Positions 54,880 through 64,000 of a DNA stretch of 64,000 nucleotides are shown here, piece after piece. The notes under the pieces were generated by a model that worked only from the letters and a program-made list of their open reading frames with translations, had not been told where the DNA came from and did not search any database. Source of the DNA: a virus; IMG/VR virus record IMGVR_UViG_3300046820_002137, positions 1 through 64,000 of that record. One strand, 5' to 3'. The translations under genes were made by a program, and so were the position numbers. Within the stretch, counting starts at the first letter, position 1, and every line of letters starts with the position of its first letter.

Positions 54880-56061
54880 TTATGTGGATACAATATTGAA
54901 AAATCCATATCCATAATTCTCTAAATCCCCCACGTTATTAACCTCTCCAAGTCTTTGTATTCTTTCTAGCGCCGAGTTCTTACCTCTTTCAATAAAGACA
55001 TTAGAATAAACTTCGGTATCAAAAACAACGTTCATTAAAACTTCGTTTTTAGTAACTGCACTACATTCTAAATCAGTACATCCTGAAGAAGAAATTACAA
55101 ATATTGTTGTTCCATCATTGTAATCATAATAATCTATGTCATTAACGGTATAGGCTGTATAAGGTAATGAAGGATTTGGACTGTAAACAATTCCTATGGA
55201 CCCTGACGAACCAGTAACTAAAACGTTTGGTTTAAATTTACCGTCACCAATTCTTGTTGGGTCTCCTTTTCTTCCCCATTGTACTAAATCATTCAAAGAC
55301 GATTTAGTATAACCTGTTATTATAAATGGAATTGTGGTGAATTGGCAACATGGTACCGTAGTTTCACACACCGCATCTCCTGAAAAAATAAAGTCATATT
55401 GTAGTGGTGTTGTCGACCAACTTCCTCCTTGTGGGGTAAAAAATGCAGTCCCATTAGGATTTGTTGCTACTATATCAACATATGGTACAGTTATTTCTTT
55501 AACTATTACGTTGTATCCCCATGGACTTAATCCTGACATAGTAATTGTGTAAGTACCACTTGAAGAATATGTATGTTGGTAATAGTTCGGTGAAAATGAT
55601 GTCACTGTTTGAACCCCTGTTCCGTCACCCCAATCAACATAATAATTAGAAAACTCTAAATATTTTTTAAATTCTACGTCAGAGGTATTAAAGAAAAATA
55701 TATCAAATGGACTTGAGGTCTCTGCGGTGAATATAAAATTCATCATAGTATCTTTCTGAGTCACAGCACCATCGAATACAGAATAGTATCCTATATCAAC
55801 AGCGTTTTGACTTAAAAACACAGGTATTGACAAGTCACTTAATAAAGAGTCCCCGTTAGTTCCTCCTGACAGGATTTGAGTCATCGATGAATATACGTAA
55901 GTGTTTGCGGTAGTATTTACTGTTCTTGGGTCAGGTGGTAATATGCAGCATGGGTCAATCTCTCCATTAACCAAATATGTATTATCAATAAATGGTATTG
56001 GGAATAAATCATTCCTGACATTTTCAGGTGATATTCGTATGTAATATGACCTATCTTGCAT
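54880..56061 (-). CDS. Putative structural protein with PKD-like domain
   Basis: YYVDWGDGT...HTYSSSGTYTITM. Confidence 0.65.
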   Translation of the reverse strand: MQDRSYYIRISPENVRNDLFPIPFIDNTYLVNGEIDPCCILPPDPRTVNTTANTYVYSSMTQILSGGTNGDSLLSDLSIPVFLSQNAVDIGYYSVFDGAVTQKDTMMNFIFTAETSSPFDIFFFNTSDVEFKKYLEFSNYYVDWGDGTGVQTVTSFSPNYYQHTYSSSGTYTITMSGLSPWGYNVIVKEITVPYVDIVATNPNGTAFFTPQGGSWSTTPLQYDFIFSGDAVCETTVPCCQFTTIPFIITGYTKSSLNDLVQWGRKGDPTRIGDGKFKPNVLVTGSSGSIGIVYSPNPSLPYTAYTVNDIDYYDYNDGTTIFVISSSGCTDLECSAVTKNEVLMNVVFDTEVYSNVFIERGKNSALERIQRLGEVNNVGDLENYGYGFFNIVST

Positions 56062-56876
56062 TATTGTGGCGGATTTACATATTCATACCAATTTATGGGT
56101 GTTCCTATTCCTTCTCTATTACCAGTTAAAATATCATATATTTTATAGGTGTATGTTGAATAATCTAATTCTATTTTTTTATAAAAATAAGTTTCGGGTG
56201 GAAATAAATATTTTTCAGGTAATGTTCCTTGTGGTGTTGTCATCATTTTTATGAAATCACCATTCTTAGCATCAAAAAATTTAGCCGTCATGTAGAAGGT
56301 ATCTAGATTAATTACGTTCCGGTCTCTTAACCAATAAATAAAAAAACCTTCTTTTTTGCCAATATAATCTAATGGATATTCGGGGATTGTAATATCCACA
56401 TTACTAACAACCGGAGATATAGTAACATTTTCACTTCTTGGTCCATCTGATGATAATATAATTGTAAAATAATTTTTTTGAGTTGTGGTTATTGTAGTGT
56501 CATAAAAATCCAATTTAAAGAATGACTTTTTAAATTGTTTGGTTTGATAGTACACTTCGAAAGCCCCTAAAGTAGCCGCAGTAAAACTACAAACCCAATC
56601 AGATGCCGACGACCCAGGGACATCAACATCCGATAATGTAAAAAAATTAAACTTATATACAATTTCACTTAAATTAATTAATGGTGGAATATCATAATAA
56701 TCATGACCAAATCTAACAATTTCATAGTCTTTAGGTGAACCGATAATTTCCTCAACCACCTCGTCTTCATAAATTTCAATACTATCATTTCGGCCATGAA
56801 AATCCCATTTAATCTCGATAGGTATATCAATAGATTGGTCTGTTTTTGGTAATATGAATCTATAATTATTATTCAC
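56061..56876 (-). CDS. Putative structural protein
   Basis: 271 aa aromatic-rich; translationally coupled in structural operon. Confidence 0.6.
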   Translation of the reverse strand: MNNNYRFILPKTDQSIDIPIEIKWDFHGRNDSIEIYEDEVVEEIIGSPKDYEIVRFGHDYYDIPPLINLSEIVYKFNFFTLSDVDVPGSSASDWVCSFTAATLGAFEVYYQTKQFKKSFFKLDFYDTTITTTQKNYFTIILSSDGPRSENVTISPVVSNVDITIPEYPLDYIGKKEGFFIYWLRDRNVINLDTFYMTAKFFDAKNGDFIKMMTTPQGTLPEKYLFPPETYFYKKIELDYSTYTYKIYDILTGNREGIGTPINWYEYVNPPQ

Positions 56877-58662
56877 AGGGGTCTATAAATGGGTCTTCTA
56901 CATCATTAAATAGTTTATAGTTAGTTCCTTCAGGTATTAATTTAAAAATTAAATTTTTAAATGGATGATGTTTTCCATTCAAAAATGGTTGGTCTACTCC
57001 GATTCCGTTGGAATCTATGTAACCATATGAATACAGGTCTCTCCAAACAAAGGTATTTCTATTCTCAGAAAATGTTGCATAGTTAGGAATATCAACAACA
57101 TTTCTTGGGTCACCTTCCTCTAAATAATCTGAAAAAGCCCTAATTGGTATAGAATATAACGGTTGATAGAAATAACCCGGATTAAACTGAAATCCGTTGT
57201 CATTTTGCAACACACATGAAAAATTATTATTATTAAACTTAATTTTGTGATATCTATGTGAAATTACTCTTTCGGTTTGTTCATAATCATTCCATTCACA
57301 TAGGTCACCGTCTATAGTATCACCACTAACAAGAGGATTTGTATATATAAAATCGAATGGAGCCCCACCGGCGTTATTAACATATGGATATGGATTTAAA
57401 TTATTATAAGTTGTTGTATTTAAATATGTGTTAGAGTTTGGGGATGCCCACCATGTTGATGGTACCCCTGCCATTGGAACTAATGGTAGGTTAAAGTCAA
57501 ACCCCCATCTTAACCCCTCAGTCCACCCCATATATCCTTTCCAAATTACAGTTACGAATAATTCAGATACCGGTCTTTTTTGATTGTCTATTAATTTATT
57601 TAAATCAAAATCTTTATTAAAACTCAACGTATAAGTATCAGAACCTTCTTTCAAAGAAATTCTACCAACATTATTTGGGGTTCTTGCAGGATATTCATAC
57701 TTTTTTTCATTTTTGAATGGATTAGTTTCAAATCCTGAATTTACTAAAACAATATCTTCAGGATTATTCAAAATAATGTGTTTTCTTATATAATATTTGG
57801 ACTTGGATTCTACAGGTGCATTTTGTAAAATAACTCTTTTTGCAGTACCTTGTACTCCTGGATTGAATGTACCTCCTAAAAACCCAACATTAATTATGTT
57901 AAATATATATAAATCACTTTCGTAAGTTCCATCACCTAAAGAATAAACTTGGAATAAATTGTTACCTAAATAATCAAAACTTAATTCCACAAATTCACCA
58001 ACATTAAACCCATGCTTTACAGGACATACAAATGTAATTAACCTCCTACCGCTTAAAGTCGTGTCTCTTATATAAAAAGGTATTCCGTCAGCCACGTCCC
58101 AATTTAAATTATGAACAGTAGTACCATCATAAAGAATGGCGTTTAATGCTTCATTAACAATATTTTCATAAGGATAACTTATATAAAAACTCCAATTATA
58201 AGATGATGCACTTTTAGCTTGTAATATTTGATGATATTCAGGTGGCGTTCCTGAATCAGGTGCCGTGTAACCTAAAAAATTATAATCAGTTCGAATAAAA
58301 CTAAACTCATCGTACCCAGGAAATCCAGCCCATAAAGTTGGTGATGTGCCTCCCGTACATTGTATTTGAGCATCAATATTTCCATTAACATAATACAAAC
58401 TATTTATAAATGGTTCATATGCACTTACACCTGTGTATGAATTTTTAAATATAAAAGTAAGTTTAGACGCTGGTCTAAAAGTTGTGGATTTTTGTCTTTC
58501 TCTATCAAAAACAATTTGTAAATCAATATCAACACTTCTATCGTATTCCGTTAGTTCTTTAACAGTTTGTACAAAAGGTACCTTGATTGAAAAATCAACG
58601 TCAACGGCACTTTTATATCTCAAAGAACCTAATAAAAGTCTGATTTCTTGTTGATTACCCAT
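56869..58662 (-). CDS. Putative structural protein
   Basis: 597 aa; CPVKHGFNVGEFVEL beta-barrel-like motif; coupled in operon. Confidence 0.6.
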   Translation of the reverse strand: MGNQQEIRLLLGSLRYKSAVDVDFSIKVPFVQTVKELTEYDRSVDIDLQIVFDRERQKSTTFRPASKLTFIFKNSYTGVSAYEPFINSLYYVNGNIDAQIQCTGGTSPTLWAGFPGYDEFSFIRTDYNFLGYTAPDSGTPPEYHQILQAKSASSYNWSFYISYPYENIVNEALNAILYDGTTVHNLNWDVADGIPFYIRDTTLSGRRLITFVCPVKHGFNVGEFVELSFDYLGNNLFQVYSLGDGTYESDLYIFNIINVGFLGGTFNPGVQGTAKRVILQNAPVESKSKYYIRKHIILNNPEDIVLVNSGFETNPFKNEKKYEYPARTPNNVGRISLKEGSDTYTLSFNKDFDLNKLIDNQKRPVSELFVTVIWKGYMGWTEGLRWGFDFNLPLVPMAGVPSTWWASPNSNTYLNTTTYNNLNPYPYVNNAGGAPFDFIYTNPLVSGDTIDGDLCEWNDYEQTERVISHRYHKIKFNNNNFSCVLQNDNGFQFNPGYFYQPLYSIPIRAFSDYLEEGDPRNVVDIPNYATFSENRNTFVWRDLYSYGYIDSNGIGVDQPFLNGKHHPFKNLIFKLIPEGTNYKLFNDVEDPFIDPCE

Positions 58663-61600
58663 TAAAATTCATAAACATCAGTTTTTATCCACTTAACCAA
58701 AAATCTATCGTAAGCAGTTTTACCTAAGCTTATACCAAAGTAAAAATAATAGGGACCAGATGATGTAAAAGTTCGGTTACTATTACCTGGTGGTAATGGA
58801 GGTTCTGGGTCAATTTCTCCGGCCGGATTTACGTTGAATATATAGGCTTTATTATAAGTATACAGAGTCGGGTTTTCGGGATGCATAAAATCCGAATCCG
58901 GGGAAGATGCACCTAATCTGTCAAATTCTTGATAATACGAATCAAAAAATACGGGAGATGGGTCAGTGGCCCAATCATTATCTTGGTCACCAAAAATACT
59001 ATCGTCATCTGAATTTTGTTTTATTATCCACTGATAAATTGGAACTCTTTGTGAAAATATTGGTATGTCATTGTATACACATGGATTTGACAAATCACCT
59101 GTTGGGGTAACAACCAATCTATGAGGTGAAATCCAATCTCTTAATTGAACTTCTTCTTTATAGAATATTCCAAAAACGTTATTTCTAGCACCTGAGGAGT
59201 TTAAAAAAACCGAACTAGTAGGTACAATTGGAATTGAGTTTGGTTCAGAACCATAGTATTCGTCAGGGTCAAATTCTTTAATCCCTATTTGTGAGTTTAT
59301 GGCAACCATTTGAGCGTAGTCACCATCGACTTTTTTAAACCCTCTATCATTAAATAACCTTTGAATCATGTCGGTAGCGACCCCTGCAGCCCCGCCACCT
59401 AATATAGCCGCAAATTGTTCTAAAATTAAACCCGCAATACTCCTACTAAGTAATCTAGACAAGAAAAATTGACTTATTAATTCTGAAACATCTTTAAACG
59501 AGGTATGATATAAACGATTCATAACGTATCCATCGTATCTCGGGTCCAAAACCAATTCACTAGTATATTTGGTTCTAGGTCCCATATCCAAAATTGTAGT
59601 TGGATTTTGTAACAATTTAACATTTGCACCAGATGAGTCCTCGAATTCAATATCAAATGGACCAAATCCAAATGCGTTTGTTTTTCCAACAAATCCGGTT
59701 GGGTGTCTGTATGGTGAAGACCTGTAATATAATACATTGGTTTCGTAATCAGGAAATACTAACTGATTACAAGAACAAATATATGGTGAATTCTCAGGTG
59801 GTGGTGTAAATCTTACTTGATTCCTTACTGGATACATAAATAATGTTCCGTTTATCCACTGATTAGTAAACATATGTCCAAATACGTTTCTACAGGCCGC
59901 AAAATTCAATTTAATTCTAGCGGACCACTCAAACACCAAATAGAAATCTAAAGGGATTGTTAACATGGGGGCGGTTACCAATTTATAACATCCGTTTTCG
60001 ACTATTAGGTCTCTTTGTGGAGGACTTATACTAATATTACCTAAATTAACAACATTTCGATAACAATCGTTATTAGTGTCAGGTTCTAATATTATCATAC
60101 CATCACTATCGGTACTATAACATCGTAAAGGTGCTAATCCCGCACAATCCAAAGATTCCGCAACATTGTTAGGTAACGCCGGATTATTTTGTAATTCTGT
60201 CAAGTTGTCCGCAGCAGCACCAGCGTCTCCTGTTCCGGGTGGGGATGACGCTGAGGATACTAATCCATTATCATTAACAGTGTTAACTGCTAATAAATTA
60301 TTCGCCATTAAAGGATAACTAATTTCTATATAATGCCCTGTGGGTGTACTTGTACCATCACAATATAACATAGTACTTGACATAAATAATCTGTCCGACC
60401 TCATTACAATCCTTTCTGAATTATCAAAAATCATGTCCTCAATAAACGCAGGGTCATTGTTATATGGAACACAGTAATATGCCGAAAAAGGTGGACTAGC
60501 CTCAAATCCATTAGACCAATTATATATCGGTGGGGTATTGAATACAAAAGTAGTGGCATCAAATGGTGAGTATGACGCCGCTAATCTAGAGTCATTAGTA
60601 TAAACATATGAACCTCCTTCAACTATTTCATTAAGAAAATACCCCTTACAAGCTCTACCATTTGTGGTTGTATTATAAAATAAACCATTATTAGAAAATA
60701 AATCACCTGTAGTGTAAACGTCAGGTGCTATTGATGGGTAGGAATTGGAGCCACCATAAGGTCGATAGAAAGGAGAAATTGGTAACGGTTCAACCGAATT
60801 CCAAAAATCTCTAGTCATCCTATTATTACTTATAATTCTCAAAGTACCACTAGGTCCTAAAGTCTCAACAGCAGGGGGCCATCCGTCAATAGTATTTGTA
60901 TAATATGTAGAATCCATTCTTGAGTAAGTTGTTGTAGCACTAGATGTGAATGTTTGAAATAAACTAGGGTCTAAGGATAGTTCATATGATGGATGAAACA
61001 AATATTCACCAGGTGTATACACATCAGCACTACCATTAGAACCTAAATGTCTAACACACTTAAATCCTCCTTGGATTGGTATATTTAATTTAAAATTATC
61101 TTCAACAATATAAAATGGGTCGGCAGCCCATGCGGAATTAAAATCGGTGTCAACCCCGTACAATCTACTAATATCAAATCGGCATCTTTGTCTTGTTGAG
61201 TATGGGTCAACCCCTCTTACTAAAAAAATTAATTTCTGTAATGAAAAATCTTTAAGACAAGTAAAACCTAAGTTACCACTAGCACCGTACGTAGTGAACG
61301 GAAAGACCCAAGTAGGGGGATAATCGAACGGGGGAATTGGGGGAATTGTAAACGGATAACTATTATCCACACCGGCAACATCCGTTCTAAAAAGATACTG
61401 GAATGTGGTCATATCACTATTCATTACTCGGTTATATAGTGTTCCAGGAAAAGGGTTACCCACCGCTTGAGCTCTCGCCATATATTCTCCAACAGTTGTG
61501 TTGTGAATAACTTGGAAGTATTCAACATCCATTTGAAATTTAGCATAATTATTGTTAGTTCTTGCAGTCAAGTTATAGTAAGTTGGATTATTACCAGTAC

Positions 61601-64000
61601 CATCCGGTCTTGCCCATAATACTTCAGCATTATCTATTTGGTAATATAATATATCATCATCTGTAGGATTTCCGGGGTCATTAATCTCAATTACCGGAGT
61701 TCCTCTTGTTGACCCAGTAATTGCTCTATTATTAAACTGATTATCATTGGTTAGGCCAGTTAAATTTGGGTCTTGTGAATTTGTAGGTTCAATAAAAGAT
61801 ACCATTTGACCTACATTCCAATTTACAGATGGTTTAGCCATCAATATTATCACATTATCTAAGTGCCATTTACTAATACCATTCCCAGGTAAATCAATTG
61901 CAAAAGACGCCTTTATTCTATTATACCCTCCTCCAGGATTAAAAGCGCTTTCATCAAAATACTTAGCTTTGGTATTTAAAATATTAAGTCTTTCCCAGAA
62001 AGGTAAACTTGGAGAGTATATAAATTCAAATCCCGGTTCATCATCAATCTCAAATGGTACAGGATATGGTGCTCTAGATATTTCACTTCCATTATATGGT
62101 CTTCCCGCAATTATTAATCCATATGCGGCATCAGGATTTCCGGCCGGGCAAATTCTCCAATTTGAAGGTTGGAAAAATGGGGTGATGAAGGTTGATGCTC
62201 CTATTTGGTTTGCCGTATTTAATAAGTCAGCTCCTGCCGATGAAACCGAGCCAACACTAGTTTGACTACCACCATCTTGTGCCGGTTCATCACATGAGCA
62301 CATTTCACAATTAGGATAGGTTAACATTGGTAGGTTCATTGACCCATTTCGACATCTATCTTCGAAGTCATCAGCAATACCTTGGAATTTGTCGCACACC
62401 CTAGATAATGTATCACATAATCCACTTAAAAATCCAAATGGGGTTATATTTAAAAAAGAAGTTCCAGCAATAGAACAAATACCATCCGCAATTGCACATA
62501 TAAAACCAGCAATACCTTCCATAACCACCCAAAGAATACACACAATCAAACCAACTATATGTTTTAAAAGTATTACTGCAAATAATATTGGTGTGAAAAT
62601 TCCTAATATAAATGTGAACAATATATATATTATATCGTTTTGGAACATACCGTCGTTTGCGGGAAACTTATTGTGAGTACCCTCACATTCCTCATTCAAA
62701 ATATCTTTAATCGCAATTATTTTATATCTATTCAAACCACCTCTATGTTCGGAAATCATTTGTGACACAGTATAAACTTTACTGTGAATCATTTCATAAA
62801 ATCTGTCTTCACAATTAACCGCCTCATCAACCATAAGTAATCCGGTTGGAGTTAGGTTACCTCCTGAGTCGGTCTCTCCATATTCATTCCAATCCAAACT
62901 AAAAGCATAAGATGCTCTAACCTGTTTATACTGAGGACTAGCCAATAAAGTAGTTGTTGGTGCAATACACCCTACAAAAGCTTCAGTTAAGAAGTTAGCA
63001 TCTTGTATTGATGGGTCTTGGTCATAAGAATCCCAACCCCATTCTTTAATGTTTGGTACCAAAAAAGCGCCTCTAATAACTTCATTAGACAGTGAAGGCG
63101 CTTGTTCCCATTTAACTTTAAACCTATATTTTCCTTTTGTTGGTATACCTACGTTAGGGTCGTTAGAAATTTGTCTATTACCAAATTCATCAGTATAAAC
63201 ATAATCTAAATTCATAGGTACATCTATTAACCATGTCCCATTTTCGTCTACACATTTACCTCCATTTTCTAATTCATAGGTTTCAAGTACAGGTCTTCCG
63301 TCTGAATCTATATTTATAGTTTGTCTTATTGACAATAGTTCCCCAGGACCTGTAATTAAATTACACAAATTTCCAATTTTTTTTCTAGCCTTACAGTTTC
63401 TTTTCACCGCCTCTTTATCAACATTAGAAAATATTGACCCCATAAAAATAGCCGCGGGTTCTATTTTGATACCAAATTCTTGTGATAAATCAAAATCTAT
63501 TCTTGTAATACCTAAATAACATATTTCAGGTTGTCCCCATAATGGAACTACTTCAATAGTTCTATTTGATTGTTTTATTTGTGGTAGTTCTCCTAAATTT
63601 GTAGACGCTCTAAATTCAGTTCCTGATACTTGCTGTTCATTAGCTAAATTAAGTCTTATCATATCCTGTGGTGATAATGAAAATTCACCAATATCCGATA
63701 AGTCAACATCTAAGTGAACTATTTGAGTACCGACAGGTACTCCAAATAACATAAAGTCACCACTATCATTTGTTTTAGTCGTATATTTATAATATTTTTC
63801 AAAAACCTCGGAAACTTCAGGTATAATTAAAACGTCTTCCCTCGATGGAAAAGTACCTGTTGGTATATGACCTCCGTGTGATTTTTCATAAGGAAGTAAA
63901 TTATAACGATATCCGTCATCATTTAAGTCATTGAGGGTCTTATATGGATAAATGTCATTGAGCGTAGGATTATTTTCATCACTATCTGATAATGGTATAA
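58662..64000 (-). CDS. Very large putative structural protein with internal hydrophobic helices (5-prime partial)
   Basis: Frame stays open from 63752 to the window end (..YRYNLLPYEKSHGGHIPTGTFP..KTNDSGDFM); over 1770 aa. Confidence 0.75.
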   Translation of the reverse strand, partial: IPLSDSDENNPTLNDIYPYKTLNDLNDDGYRYNLLPYEKSHGGHIPTGTFPSREDVLIIPEVSEVFEKYYKYTTKTNDSGDFMLFGVPVGTQIVHLDVDLSDIGEFSLSPQDMIRLNLANEQQVSGTEFRASTNLGELPQIKQSNRTIEVVPLWGQPEICYLGITRIDFDLSQEFGIKIEPAAIFMGSIFSNVDKEAVKRNCKARKKIGNLCNLITGPGELLSIRQTINIDSDGRPVLETYELENGGKCVDENGTWLIDVPMNLDYVYTDEFGNRQISNDPNVGIPTKGKYRFKVKWEQAPSLSNEVIRGAFLVPNIKEWGWDSYDQDPSIQDANFLTEAFVGCIAPTTTLLASPQYKQVRASYAFSLDWNEYGETDSGGNLTPTGLLMVDEAVNCEDRFYEMIHSKVYTVSQMISEHRGGLNRYKIIAIKDILNEECEGTHNKFPANDGMFQNDIIYILFTFILGIFTPILFAVILLKHIVGLIVCILWVVMEGIAGFICAIADGICSIAGTSFLNITPFGFLSGLCDTLSRVCDKFQGIADDFEDRCRNGSMNLPMLTYPNCEMCSCDEPAQDGGSQTSVGSVSSAGADLLNTANQIGASTFITPFFQPSNWRICPAGNPDAAYGLIIAGRPYNGSEISRAPYPVPFEIDDEPGFEFIYSPSLPFWERLNILNTKAKYFDESAFNPGGGYNRIKASFAIDLPGNGISKWHLDNVIILMAKPSVNWNVGQMVSFIEPTNSQDPNLTGLTNDNQFNNRAITGSTRGTPVIEINDPGNPTDDDILYYQIDNAEVLWARPDGTGNNPTYYNLTARTNNNYAKFQMDVEYFQVIHNTTVGEYMARAQAVGNPFPGTLYNRVMNSDMTTFQYLFRTDVAGVDNSYPFTIPPIPPFDYPPTWVFPFTTYGASGNLGFTCLKDFSLQKLIFLVRGVDPYSTRQRCRFDISRLYGVDTDFNSAWAADPFYIVEDNFKLNIPIQGGFKCVRHLGSNGSADVYTPGEYLFHPSYELSLDPSLFQTFTSSATTTYSRMDSTYYTNTIDGWPPAVETLGPSGTLRIISNNRMTRDFWNSVEPLPISPFYRPYGGSNSYPSIAPDVYTTGDLFSNNGLFYNTTTNGRACKGYFLNEIVEGGSYVYTNDSRLAASYSPFDATTFVFNTPPIYNWSNGFEASPPFSAYYCVPYNNDPAFIEDMIFDNSERIVMRSDRLFMSSTMLYCDGTSTPTGHYIEISYPLMANNLLAVNTVNDNGLVSSASSPPGTGDAGAAADNLTELQNNPALPNNVAESLDCAGLAPLRCYSTDSDGMIILEPDTNNDCYRNVVNLGNISISPPQRDLIVENGCYKLVTAPMLTIPLDFYLVFEWSARIKLNFAACRNVFGHMFTNQWINGTLFMYPVRNQVRFTPPPENSPYICSCNQLVFPDYETNVLYYRSSPYRHPTGFVGKTNAFGFGPFDIEFEDSSGANVKLLQNPTTILDMGPRTKYTSELVLDPRYDGYVMNRLYHTSFKDVSELISQFFLSRLLSRSIAGLILEQFAAILGGGAAGVATDMIQRLFNDRGFKKVDGDYAQMVAINSQIGIKEFDPDEYYGSEPNSIPIVPTSSVFLNSSGARNNVFGIFYKEEVQLRDWISPHRLVVTPTGDLSNPCVYNDIPIFSQRVPIYQWIIKQNSDDDSIFGDQDNDWATDPSPVFFDSYYQEFDRLGASSPDSDFMHPENPTLYTYNKAYIFNVNPAGEIDPEPPLPPGNSNRTFTSSGPYYFYFGISLGKTAYDRFLVKWIKTDVYEF

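Noticed and set aside
1387-62676. Numerous short antisense or alternate-frame ORFs in the track (e.g. 1387, 9622, 21954, 25757, 61969)
   Set aside because: Fully nested in well-supported genes, with no motifs or expression signals
1-64000. Stop-codon reassignment as in some large phages
   Set aside because: Genes are full-length and tightly packed under code 11, and TAA, TAG and TGA all end recognisable genes
31897-64000. Eukaryotic or NCLDV origin suggested by Cys-rich, mucin-like proteins
   Set aside because: Sigma-70, DnaG primase, bacterial promoters, intrinsic terminators and baseplate motifs indicate a bacteriophage

Overview
AT-rich (roughly 32% GC by eye), densely coding fragment of a large/jumbo tailed phage, standard genetic code. 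The host is most likely Bacteroidota: SigA-type sigma factor, TTTG-N20-TAnnTTTG promoter, no Shine-Dalgarno sequences, Hc1-like protein, SprB repeats, signal peptides ending before Gln. The left half (1-31.8 kb, mostly minus strand) carries two DNA methyltransferases, an EVE + PD-(D/E)XK nuclease, thioredoxin/glutaredoxin, DnaJ, probable head-packaged proteins, a lysis-like cluster, sigma-70, SbcC/SbcD, a lytic transglycosylase, an exonuclease and primase. A plus-strand 9.6 kb cassette (31.9-41.5 kb) of Cys-rich, Thr/Pro-stalked modular proteins and a serine protease sits between primase and RuvC. The right part is a baseplate/tail module with SprB-repeat proteins and a pappalysin-type metalloprotease. 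Best leads: (1) a catalytically dead SAM-synthetase (MetK) mimic; (2) a Dam-family MTase next to an EVE-domain nuclease in a genome that appears to lack GATC; (3) a mix-and-match appendage system with shared domains and two proteases; (4) a TATTTAT late-promoter motif that co-occurs with I/L-x-E processing motifs. No tRNA, rRNA or CRISPR array was seen. All family assignments come from motif recognition by eye, not from database searches.
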